64,000 nt of DNA from positions 21,771 to 85,770 of the forward strand of contig JAESRE010000014.1 of NCBI GenBank assembly GCA_016764775.1, in the 5' to 3' direction. Both the position numbers and the translations under genes were made by a program. Below the pieces are notes generated by a model. The model was not told where the DNA came from, did not search any database, and saw nothing but the letters and a program-made list of their open reading frames with translations. The DNA comes from Alphaproteobacteria bacterium. Lineage in GTDB: Bacteria > Pseudomonadota > Alphaproteobacteria > Micavibrionales > Micavibrionaceae. Shown piece after piece: positions 56,086 through 64,000 of this stretch (positions are counted from its first letter, which is position 1; the number at the start of each line of letters is the position of its first letter).

Positions 56086-57606
56086 ATGTTGCACGTAAAA
56101 GAGAAAGCCACATTGAACGCCACGCCGAACGGTTCCGAGAATGTAGAGCGGTTACTTCAAGCTCCGGCACTATTTAAGCAGCAAGCTTATATTAACGGTG
56201 CGTGGACAGACGGCGAGGACACACTCGACGTCACCAATCCTGCCGACGGATCATTGCTCGGCACCATCCCCGATTTAGGCCCGAAGGAAACGCACGTCGC
56301 GATTGATGCAGCCGAACGCGCATTTCCAGAATGGTCATCCATGCTGGCCAAGGACCGCGCCGTTATATTACGCCGATGGGCCGATTTAATGCGCGCCCAC
56401 AGCAACGACCTCGCGCTAATCATGACCTTGGAACAAGGTAAGCCGCTGTCGGAATCCGAAGGCGAGATTGAATATGCCGCGAGCTTTTTTGAATGGTTCG
56501 GTGAGGAAGGCAAACGTGCCTATGGCGATACCATTCCATCACACCTGCACGGCTCGCAAATGACCGTTTACAAAAACCCCGTTGGCGTAACGGCGGCGAT
56601 CACACCATGGAATTTCCCGTCCGCCATGATCACCCGCAAGGCAGGAGCAGCCTTAGCCGCAGGATGCACTATGGTAGTGCGCCCCGCGTCCGAAACCCCG
56701 TTTTCAGCGCTGGCGTTGGCCGTTCTCGCCGAAGAGGCAGGCGTGCCCGAAGGCGTATTTTCCGTGATCACAGGCCGTGCAGCCCCGATTAGCAAGACAC
56801 TGTGCGATAGCGAAACCGTGCGAAAAATCAGTTTCACAGGCTCGACGGAAATCGGGCGACTGTTGCTCGAACAATCCGCGCAAAACGTCAAAAAACTGTC
56901 GATGGAGCTGGGCGGCCACGCCCCGTTTATCGCCTTTGCCGATTGCCATGTAGACAAAGCTGTTGAGGGGGCAATCGGCGCCAAATTCGCCACTACGGGA
57001 CAAGACTGTCTCGCGGCCAACCGCATTTATGTGCATGAAGACATTTACGATGAATTCGCACGCAAATACGCCGACGCGACCAAAGCCATGAAGCTTGGTA
57101 ACGGGCTGGAGGACGGTGTCGAACTCGGCCCGTTGATGAATGAAGCGGCGGTTCAAAAATGCGAAGAGCATGTGAATGATGCACTTGTTAATGGTGCTTC
57201 GCTGCTTTGTGGCGGTGAGCGCGCCTATAATAAAGGCGAGTTGTTTTATCAAGCGACTGTACTTGGCGACGTCACAACCGATATGAAAATCGCCAAAGAA
57301 GAAACATTCGGTCCCGTCGCCCCACTGATCAAATTCAGTGATGAAGAAGCCGTTATCAAATCCGCAAACGACACGATTTACGGGCTGGCTGCCTATGTTT
57401 ACAGCGAGAATATCCGCCGCTGCCACCGTGTCGCCCGCGCACTCGAATACGGCATGGTCGGTGTAAACACTCCTAAATTTACAGGTGCCTCCATCCCGTT
57501 CGGCGGGGTGAAACAATCAGGCCTTGGCCGCGAAGGCGGACATCAGGGTTTGGATGACTACATGGAAACGCAATATATCTGCCTCGGCGGTTTGAACGAG
57601 CAGTAA
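56086..57606 (+). CDS. NAD(P)-dependent succinate-semialdehyde dehydrogenase-like aldehyde dehydrogenase
   Basis: ITPWNFP, FTGSTEIGR, ELGGHAPF, catalytic Cys in GQDCLAANR, and EETFGPVAPL. The ATG at 56086 has GAGG 7 nt upstream. Confidence 0.85.
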   Translation: MLHVKEKATLNATPNGSENVERLLQAPALFKQQAYINGAWTDGEDTLDVTNPADGSLLGTIPDLGPKETHVAIDAAERAFPEWSSMLAKDRAVILRRWADLMRAHSNDLALIMTLEQGKPLSESEGEIEYAASFFEWFGEEGKRAYGDTIPSHLHGSQMTVYKNPVGVTAAITPWNFPSAMITRKAGAALAAGCTMVVRPASETPFSALALAVLAEEAGVPEGVFSVITGRAAPISKTLCDSETVRKISFTGSTEIGRLLLEQSAQNVKKLSMELGGHAPFIAFADCHVDKAVEGAIGAKFATTGQDCLAANRIYVHEDIYDEFARKYADATKAMKLGNGLEDGVELGPLMNEAAVQKCEEHVNDALVNGASLLCGGERAYNKGELFYQATVLGDVTTDMKIAKEETFGPVAPLIKFSDEEAVIKSANDTIYGLAAYVYSENIRRCHRVARALEYGMVGVNTPKFTGASIPFGGVKQSGLGREGGHQGLDDYMETQYICLGGLNEQ

Positions 57607-57630
57607 TTCATATAAGAAAGGATCACAACT

Positions 57631-59034
57631 ATGACTGACTTTAAACATCTGGAACAAGCCGACAAAGACCACGTGCTGCACCCGTTTACGGTGCTGAAAG
57701 ATTTTTCAGAAGGAAAAACAGGAGATCCGCGCATCGTAACGGGCGGAAAAGGCATTCATATTCAGGATCAAAATGGCAATGATTTGATCGATGCCTTTGC
57801 AGGACTGTACTGCATGAATATCGGTTATGGCCGCGAAGGAGTCGCCGAAGCGATGTATGAACAAGCAAAAAAACTGGCGTATTGCCACACTTACGCGCAG
57901 CAATCGAACGAGCCCGTTATCCGCTTGTCAGAGCGTTTGTGCAAGATGGCGCCCGGTAATATGGAGCGGGTGTTTTACGGCATGTCCGGATCAGATGCCA
58001 ATGAAACCCAGATCAAGCTGGTCTGGTATTACCACAATGTTCTGGGCAAGCCGGAGAAGAAGAAGATCATCGCGCGTGAGCGCGGCTATCACGGCTCGTC
58101 CATTATGTCGGGAAGCCTGACGGGTCTGCCCGTATACCACACGCTGTTCGACCAGCCGTTGAAGCCGATGATGCACACAGGCTCGCCGCATTATTACTGG
58201 AACGCCGAAGACGGCGAGAGCGAATTGGAGTTCTCAAAGCGCCGTGCCAAAGAACTTGAGGACCTAATCCTCGCACAAGGGCCAGACACGATTGGCGGAT
58301 TTATCGCCGAACCCGTTCTGGGTACGGGCGGTATTACCCCGCCGCCGGAAGGATACTGGAAAGAGATTCAGGCCGTGTTGAAAAAGTATGACATCCTGTT
58401 GATCGCAGACGAAGTTGTCACAGGCTTTGGCCGTACGGGTGAGATGTTCGGTTGTTTTAAATACGATATCGAGCCGGACCTTATTACCGCTGCCAAAGGC
58501 CTGACCAGCGCCTATGTCCCTCTTTCTGCGGCGATCGTCTCCAAGAAAGTCAGTGATGTATTGAAGCAAGGTTCAGACATGGCGGGCATGTTCTCCCACG
58601 GCTACACCTATTCCGGTCACCCTGTCGGTGCGGCTTGTGCGAATGCCGTGCTGGATATTGTCGAGAATGAAGACCTGCCCGGCAATGCACGTGACACGGG
58701 TGCATATTTCCAAAAACGTTTACAGGAAACATTCGCGGACAAACCGTTGGTCGGTGAAGTGCGCGGTGTCGGATTGATGGGCGCGATTGAATTCGTTGCC
58801 GATAAGGATAAGAAAGTCGCGTTCGAACCGTCCATGAAGGTCGGAGCGCGTATTTCCAAAGCCGCGCTCGACGAAGGCATTATCGCCCGCGGCATGCCGC
58901 ATGGTGATATTCTCGGATTTTCTCCCCCGCTATGCGTTACTAAAGAGGAAGTGGATGTTATCATCGAGAGAGCCGAAAAGGCCATTGATACAGTTGCAGA
59001 CGAGTTGAGCCGCGAAGGCTTGCTCGCCGCATAA
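57631..59034 (+). CDS. class III (omega) aminotransferase, DoeD/SpuC-like
   Basis: 467 aa with [25 protein letters not shown] and the PLP lysine in [10 protein letters not shown]. Confidence 0.85.
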   Translation: MTDFKHLEQADKDHVLHPFTVLKDFSEGKTGDPRIVTGGKGIHIQDQNGNDLIDAFAGLYCMNIGYGREGVAEAMYEQAKKLAYCHTYAQQSNEPVIRLSERLCKMAPGNMERVFYGMSGSDANETQIKLVWYYHNVLGKPEKKKIIARERGYHGSSIMSGSLTGLPVYHTLFDQPLKPMMHTGSPHYYWNAEDGESELEFSKRRAKELEDLILAQGPDTIGGFIAEPVLGTGGITPPPEGYWKEIQAVLKKYDILLIADEVVTGFGRTGEMFGCFKYDIEPDLITAAKGLTSAYVPLSAAIVSKKVSDVLKQGSDMAGMFSHGYTYSGHPVGAACANAVLDIVENEDLPGNARDTGAYFQKRLQETFADKPLVGEVRGVGLMGAIEFVADKDKKVAFEPSMKVGARISKAALDEGIIARGMPHGDILGFSPPLCVTKEEVDVIIERAEKAIDTVADELSREGLLAA

Positions 59035-59060
59035 CCAAGTACACACAAAAGGATGATAAT

Positions 59061-59450
59061 ATGATCGTACGCAAACTTTCCGACATACTCGGCACTGACC
59101 GTGATGTCGACACCGAAGGCTGGACCAGCCGCCGTTTGATTTTAAAAGACGATCAGATGGGGTATTCCGTCCATGACACGGTCATCAAGGAAGGCGCGGA
59201 ATTAAAGATGTGGTACAAGCATCACCTTGAAACCGTGTACCTGACCGAAGGTGCGGGCGAGATTGAAGATTTGAAAACGGGTGAAATCCATGCGTTGGAA
59301 AAGGATACGATCTACGCCCTGAATGATCATGATCAGCATATCCTGCGGGCCAATAAAGGCACGCACATGCGTATGGTCTGCGTCTTTAACCCGCCCGTAA
59401 CGGGACAGGAAGTTCATGACGAAGACGGGGCTTATCTTCCTGACGATTAA
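59061..59450 (+). CDS. ectC: EctC-type cupin (L-ectoine synthase family)
   Basis: 129 aa. [87 protein letters not shown] matches EctC end to end. Confidence 0.8.
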   Translation: MIVRKLSDILGTDRDVDTEGWTSRRLILKDDQMGYSVHDTVIKEGAELKMWYKHHLETVYLTEGAGEIEDLKTGEIHALEKDTIYALNDHDQHILRANKGTHMRMVCVFNPPVTGQEVHDEDGAYLPDD

Positions 59451-59480
59451 TTCACATAGGTTTCACTTCCCTGTTCTAAA

Positions 59481-59494
59481 TTGACCTTGGTCAA
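59481..59494. promoter_or_regulatory. FixK/FNR-type box TTGACCTTGGTCAA upstream of hemN
   Basis: Perfect palindrome TTGA-N6-TCAA, 36-49 nt upstream of the hemN ATG. Confidence 0.65.
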
Positions 59495-59529
59495 GGATTG
59501 CTTATAGCAATGCTCGCAAACTGCTATGT

Positions 59530-60897
59530 ATGAGCAATCCGATCCGAAACGACATACTGAAACATGACGTTAACGTCCCGCGGTATACCAGCTACCCTAC
59601 CGCGCCGCACTTCACGATGGCTTCGGAATACCAAGACTATATAGATGCCTTGCAGGCCGTGAGCTCTGACGACGGTCTTTCGATATATATCCATGTGCCG
59701 TTTTGCCAGAAAATGTGCTGGTATTGCGGCTGTCATACCAAAATCTCGAGACGCTATGCCCCTGTCGAGGATTACCTGTATTTACTGCTCCGCGAGATTG
59801 ATATCCTCGCCGATACATTTACAGAAGAACCTCTGGTCAAGCTTGTGCATCTGGGTGGTGGTTCGCCCGGCCTGTTAAGAGCGCGTGACTTTGAACTGCT
59901 GATCACAAAGCTCAAGCAGCGTTTCAGGTTTACGAAGGATACGGATATCGCGATCGAGCTTGACCCCAGAGGCGTAACCGAAGGACGGGTCGCTTCATAT
60001 GCCAAGAACGGCGTAACAAGGGTTAGCCTCGGCGTTCAGGATTTCAGCCATGATGTGATGAAGGCGGTAAACCGCGAGCAGCCCTTTCATGTCAGCTATG
60101 AAGCCGTAAAACTTTTACGGCGGTATGGCGTTGACCATATCAATGTAGATTTGATGTATGGCTTGCCGCATCAAAATCTTCAAACGGCTAAAGAGACGTT
60201 TTCAAAATTACTTTACATCGACCCTGACCGTGTTTCCTATTTCGGCTACGCGCATGTGCCGTGGATGAAGAAACATATGCGGCTCATACAAGAAGACACG
60301 CTTCCGCAGAAAGACCTGCGGTTTGATTTATTCGAAGCCGGGCAAGAATACTTGCTTGGGCTTGGATACGAGCCTATCGGCATCGACCATTTCGCTAAAG
60401 CTGAAGACAGTTTATGTGCGGCTTTAAAAGACAAAACTTTACACAGAAACTTTCAAGGCTACACAGACGATAATTCACAAGCATTAATCGGCTTGGGCGC
60501 CTCCTCTATTGGGGAAACACCTGATACTTTCTTTCAAAACCAGCCGGACATGCCGATATATAAAGACGCTATATTGTCAGGCCATCTTCCGATCAAGAAA
60601 ATGTATTTAAAAAGCGCGGATGACAAAATGCGCGCCAAAATCATTGAGCATGTGATGTGTTATCTGTCCGTGGATATGGAAGCCTTCTGTGACACTCTGG
60701 AGTGCTCGGTAGACCTATTTAAGAAGGAACTGGACGAGATCAAGAAGCTGGAGAAGTTTGGTTTTGTGCATTTCGCCACCCCCTACGCCTTCACTATTCC
60801 GCAATCTGCAAAACTCATGACCCGTCTGATCGCAAGCACGTTCGATACGAACTTTGATAACGACCAGACAATCAATCGGCACGCCGCCGCCATATAA
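59530..60897 (+). CDS. hemN: oxygen-independent coproporphyrinogen III oxidase (radical SAM)
   Basis: 455 aa with PRYTSYPTAPHF, radical SAM cluster motif CQKMCWYCGC, and GGGSP. Confidence 0.9.
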   Translation: MSNPIRNDILKHDVNVPRYTSYPTAPHFTMASEYQDYIDALQAVSSDDGLSIYIHVPFCQKMCWYCGCHTKISRRYAPVEDYLYLLLREIDILADTFTEEPLVKLVHLGGGSPGLLRARDFELLITKLKQRFRFTKDTDIAIELDPRGVTEGRVASYAKNGVTRVSLGVQDFSHDVMKAVNREQPFHVSYEAVKLLRRYGVDHINVDLMYGLPHQNLQTAKETFSKLLYIDPDRVSYFGYAHVPWMKKHMRLIQEDTLPQKDLRFDLFEAGQEYLLGLGYEPIGIDHFAKAEDSLCAALKDKTLHRNFQGYTDDNSQALIGLGASSIGETPDTFFQNQPDMPIYKDAILSGHLPIKKMYLKSADDKMRAKIIEHVMCYLSVDMEAFCDTLECSVDLFKKELDEIKKLEKFGFVHFATPYAFTIPQSAKLMTRLIASTFDTNFDNDQTINRHAAAI

Positions 60898-60924
60898 AAA
60901 AACCCGGCTATTAGGCCGGGTTTT
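60896..60924. terminator. bidirectional rho-independent terminator between hemN and ompW
   Basis: An A run, hairpin cccggc-tattag-gccggg, then a T run. Confidence 0.7.
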
Positions 60925-60944
60925 CATCGAGGAAGCTTAGAGCT

Positions 60945-61589
60945 TTAAAACCTGTAAGATACGCCTGTACCGATAATCCAGGGATTAAGGTCTACATCGC
61001 GGGCTGCCAACGGCGTGGCGCCAAGATTAACGTCCACATCAACATCCAGATCGACATATTTAACGTCGAGGTTCAGACCGAGATTGTCATTGAACCAGTA
61101 GTCGAAACCGGCTTGCAGCGCGTAACCGACACCACCGTCAACATCAAGATCGCTAAAGCCTGTGCCTGCATCTTCACCGTAGAAGTATGAGTAGTTCAAA
61201 CCAGCACCAACATAGGGGCTGAATTTCTCATCTCTTTGGAAATGATATTGCAGCGTCAAAGTCGGCGGCAAAATCCATGTTTCACCAAGATCGTTAGAGC
61301 CTGCGCTAATAGAGTGCTGGGCTGTCGCGGCGATCAACTCGGCTGCGATATGGTCGTTGAAGAAATATGTCACGTCCAGCTCGGGCGTAACGGCGTCCCC
61401 GACATCTGTTTGCAAAGCAGTGCCGTTTACGACACCGTCACCATCGGCAAAAATACCGATACCACGAAGACGCACTTGAAAACGCTCCTTCGCCAAGTAG
61501 TCATTGCTCCAGTCTTCGGCTTGGGCAGGTTGCCCAAAGGCCACTAAAGCAGCCCCCGCCATAAGCGCATATTTAGATAGATTTTTCAT
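60945..61589 (-). CDS. ompW: OmpW family outer membrane protein
   Basis: Start taken at MKNLSKYALMAGAALVAFGQPAQA (signal peptide). Beta-barrel pattern ending in GTGVSYRF. Confidence 0.8.
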   Translation of the reverse strand: MKNLSKYALMAGAALVAFGQPAQAEDWSNDYLAKERFQVRLRGIGIFADGDGVVNGTALQTDVGDAVTPELDVTYFFNDHIAAELIAATAQHSISAGSNDLGETWILPPTLTLQYHFQRDEKFSPYVGAGLNYSYFYGEDAGTGFSDLDVDGGVGYALQAGFDYWFNDNLGLNLDVKYVDLDVDVDVNLGATPLAARDVDLNPWIIGTGVSYRF

Positions 61590-61653
61590 TGTATTATCCT
61601 CTCTATAAACATCATCCATACTTGGAGTATCCCGCATTTTGCAGTGCGGCAAA

Positions 61654-61667
61654 TTGACAAAAGTCAA
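61654..61667. promoter_or_regulatory. FixK/FNR-type box TTGACAAAAGTCAA upstream of ompW
   Basis: Perfect TTGA-N6-TCAA palindrome centred about 71 nt upstream of the ompW ATG. It overlaps the ccoS stop codon. Confidence 0.6.
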
Positions 61668-61822
61668 CTATCAGAGGGATTTTCGTCATCATCTATGAGA
61701 ATTCTGTGTGCTGCGCCGTCCAAATCATCATATTGGCCCGACTTCAGCGTCCATATGAACGCGCACAGGCCGATCAGCCCGAGAAAAAGCGCAATAGGAA
61801 TAAGGTACATAAGAACACTCAT
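61664..61822 (-). CDS. ccoS: cbb3-type cytochrome oxidase assembly protein CcoS/FixS (below ORF-track cutoff)
   Basis: 52 aa: MSVLMYLIPIALFLGLIGLCAFIWTLKSGQYDDLDGAAHRILIDDDENPSDS. ATGA overlap with the ccoI stop. Confidence 0.8.
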   Translation of the reverse strand: MSVLMYLIPIALFLGLIGLCAFIWTLKSGQYDDLDGAAHRILIDDDENPSDS

Positions 61823-64000
61823 GTGAAGAACTTTATCCTGAAAGAGTTAGCAATTACCAGCAATGAAGATCCCGACATTGCCAACGCCGCGACAAGCGGT
61901 GTGACCATACCGGCAACCGCCAGCGGCACAGCAACGAGATTGTAAATCACAGCGAGAGCAAAGTTTTGCAGCACCAGTTTTTGTGATGTTTGCGATAACG
62001 CGTAGGCTTCATAAACGCTGGACAGCTTGTCGCCCAAGAAAACGATATCCGCGCTCTGTTGCGCAAGGTCTATGGCTGTTCCGGGTGCTATGGAGACATC
62101 AGCCTGTGACAGTACAGGCGCATCATTCAGGCCATCACCCACCATCAAAACCTTATGGCCATCGTTTTGTAGCGCCTGAATTTCGCGAAACTTTTGCGCC
62201 GGATCATACTGCGCCATGCGTTTTTCTATACCCACTTTATCGGCCACAGCGTCGACGATCTGTTTTTGGTCGCCCGACAGAAGCATTGAACCCACGCCCG
62301 CCTTATCGAATTTTTCCACTGTCTGTGCAGCGTCTTCGCGCACAACATCGGTTAGCAAAAACCTCGTTTTGTTGGCACTGTCCGTCTCGAACCATATTTC
62401 AATGTGATCCGATGCGGGTGCTTTTTCATCCCCGCACCATGCGCGGCTACCGAGTTTGACCGGCTGATCGTTTATAACGCCAGACAGGCCACAGCCTTCG
62501 ATTTCCCGTATGTCATCAACCTGTAGCAATTCGCCCGCAAACGAATTCACCAACCCGCGGGATACGGGGTGTGAACTTGCAGCGGCCAATGAAGCTGCCA
62601 CCTGCAAGCTTTGTGGATTATGGGGACCAACGATCCTAAGCTCGCCATATGTGAGTGTGCCTGTTTTATCGAACACGGCAGTATCGATTGATGAAAGACG
62701 TTCAAGGGCATCGCCTGATTTTACGAATATCCCTTTTTTCATTAAACGCGCTATTGAGAGAACCTGCACGACGGGAACGGCCAACCCCAGTGCACAGGGG
62801 CATGTGATGATCAGCACGGTGACGGCAATCAGCAATGCGTCTTGCCATGCCATGCCCGCCAGAAAGAACCAACCGCAAAATGCCGCGATGGCCATGACAT
62901 GCACCACAGGTGTATAAAGTCGTGCCGCCTTATCCGCGATCTGAACATATGCCGCTTGCGACTGCCCCGCCTGATCCATCAGCTTCACGATGTCGGCAAG
63001 CAACGTGTCGTCCGCCGCTTTTGCGACCTGCACTTTTAAAGGCGCGGATAAATTCAGTGTCCCCGCATGGACGTATGCGTTTTTCTCAACGTCTTGCGGG
63101 AGCGTCTCCCCCGTGATGAGCGATGTGTCTATTGTACTTCGCCCCTCTATAATTTCTCCGTCTGCGGGTATTGTTTCACCTGCGGGCACGGCGACGATCA
63201 TGCCTTCCTGTAAGTCCTTGATCAGTACACGGCTGGTCTTTCCGCCTTCGATGACTGTTGCAAATCCTTGAACGCTTTTCAGCAGATCATTCGCCGATGA
63301 CCGCGCGCTCTGGCGGGCTTTAAAATCCAGAAAGCGGCCAACCAGCAGAAAAAATGTGAGCATCACCGCTGAGTCAAAAAAGACATGCTCGCCGTGATTG
63401 ATAACTTCGAAAAGGCTCATACCGCTTGCCAAAAGAATGGCGAGCGAGATCGGCACATCCATATTCGTCTGCGCCTTAGACAGCGCTTTGAGAGCCGACC
63501 TGAAAAACGGACGGCCGGAAAACACAATTGTCGGCAGCGCGATGATTGCGGAAATCCAGTGCAGGAAATCTCTGGTCGCGCCGCCCATGGTTTCAGCAGA
63601 CGTGCTCCATACGCCGACAGACAGCAGCATAATATTGCCAAGCGCAAAACCAGCCACCCCGAGACACAATAGCAGGAAGCGTTCTTCTTTCTTTTGCGCC
63701 GTATCATAGGTCGAGGGATCAAACGGTTTTACGCCATAGCCCAGACCTTCAACCAAGGCCGCAAAGTCATTTGCGCGGTCTTCGTTCCCTTTCCATGTGA
63801 TTGCCAGTTGTCCCGAAGAGAAATTCAATCTGACGCTTTCGATATCGTCCTGCGCCTTCAACGTGCCTTCGATTTTCTGGATACAGGCCGCGCAATGCAC
63901 ACCCGACACGATGACGTTGAGCGATAACGCTCCGTCGTCGTTCTTTTTAACCAGATTTTGATAGCCTGTTTCTACGTTCGCAGCGTCTAGTTGGCCACGA
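61819..64000 (-). CDS. ccoI: heavy-metal (copper) translocating P-type ATPase CcoI/FixI, 5' end outside the window
   Basis: HMA-like GVHCAACIQKIE, CPC in ITCPCALGLA, DKTGT, and MVGDGLNDAP. The frame stays open to the window edge. Confidence 0.85.
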   Translation of the reverse strand, partial: RGQLDAANVETGYQNLVKKNDDGALSLNVIVSGVHCAACIQKIEGTLKAQDDIESVRLNFSSGQLAITWKGNEDRANDFAALVEGLGYGVKPFDPSTYDTAQKKEERFLLLCLGVAGFALGNIMLLSVGVWSTSAETMGGATRDFLHWISAIIALPTIVFSGRPFFRSALKALSKAQTNMDVPISLAILLASGMSLFEVINHGEHVFFDSAVMLTFFLLVGRFLDFKARQSARSSANDLLKSVQGFATVIEGGKTSRVLIKDLQEGMIVAVPAGETIPADGEIIEGRSTIDTSLITGETLPQDVEKNAYVHAGTLNLSAPLKVQVAKAADDTLLADIVKLMDQAGQSQAAYVQIADKAARLYTPVVHVMAIAAFCGWFFLAGMAWQDALLIAVTVLIITCPCALGLAVPVVQVLSIARLMKKGIFVKSGDALERLSSIDTAVFDKTGTLTYGELRIVGPHNPQSLQVAASLAAASSHPVSRGLVNSFAGELLQVDDIREIEGCGLSGVINDQPVKLGSRAWCGDEKAPASDHIEIWFETDSANKTRFLLTDVVREDAAQTVEKFDKAGVGSMLLSGDQKQIVDAVADKVGIEKRMAQYDPAQKFREIQALQNDGHKVLMVGDGLNDAPVLSQADVSIAPGTAIDLAQQSADIVFLGDKLSSVYEAYALSQTSQKLVLQNFALAVIYNLVAVPLAVAGMVTPLVAALAMSGSSLLVIANSFRIKFFT

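Noticed and set aside
56704-57516. 270-aa minus-strand ORF inside the aldehyde dehydrogenase gene
   Set aside because: Shadow ORF opposite a gene with complete ALDH motifs. The same reasoning applies to 56568-57026, 46523-47110, 47662-48261, 7521-8018, 2850-3395, 41400-41888 and 44007-44480.
1-64000. CRISPR arrays, rRNA genes, retron- or DGR-like repeats
   Set aside because: No regularly spaced direct repeats and no rRNA-like segments were seen. The only notable repeats are the att duplication, the 22-bp GTGTCCCA pair, and the IS inverted repeats.

Overview
The window looks like chromosomal DNA from an alphaproteobacterium. The pointers are GGAAC-N16/17-CGTT ECF promoters, FixK/FNR-type TTGA-N6-TCAA boxes, ccoI-ccoS, and an acidic-tailed GyrA. 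All calls come from reading the sequence and recalling family motifs; no searches were run.

Housekeeping genes:
- recG, cysE, coaD, gyrA, ssb, uvrA, hemN, ompW, and ccoS plus a partial ccoI.

Signalling genes:
- A CheX-like protein, a CheY-like regulator and a hybrid kinase with Hpt.
- An ECF sigma factor with a divergent OmpR-type regulator and a CHASE3-PAS hybrid kinase.
- An MHYT hybrid kinase.

Main points of interest:
1. A 15.2-kb integrative island (19552-34796) sits in tRNA-Lys(UUU). It is bounded by a perfect 49-bp direct repeat and carries a tyrosine integrase.
   - Cargo includes an intact IS1595-family element with an 8-bp target duplication and a GmrSD-type (DUF262/DUF1524) enzyme.
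   - It also carries a tightly coupled seven-gene operon: Fic, MmeI-family N6A methyltransferase, CoiA-like nuclease, SF2 helicase, T5orf172 protein and two ORFs with no recognisable domain. I consider this the best candidate for an undescribed restriction-like defence system.
2. A general-stress-type region (about 10.6-19.5 kb) holds eight GGAAC-N16/17-CGT(T/A) promoter motifs. Each sits in front of a small stress gene (CsbD, DUF883, entericidin, DUF1328, hemerythrin, EF-hand and others). Three of these genes are below the ORF-track cutoff.
3. An IS3-family element has each end abutting a different broken gene: a heme/siderophore permease, and the Hpt domain of the MHYT kinase, cut right after its phospho-histidine codon.
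4. A solitary ectC lies at the end of an asnC-ssd-atf-like (doeX/doeC/doeD-like) catabolic cluster.
5. Two perfect FixK/FNR boxes lie upstream of hemN and ompW.

No CRISPR array and no rRNA were seen.
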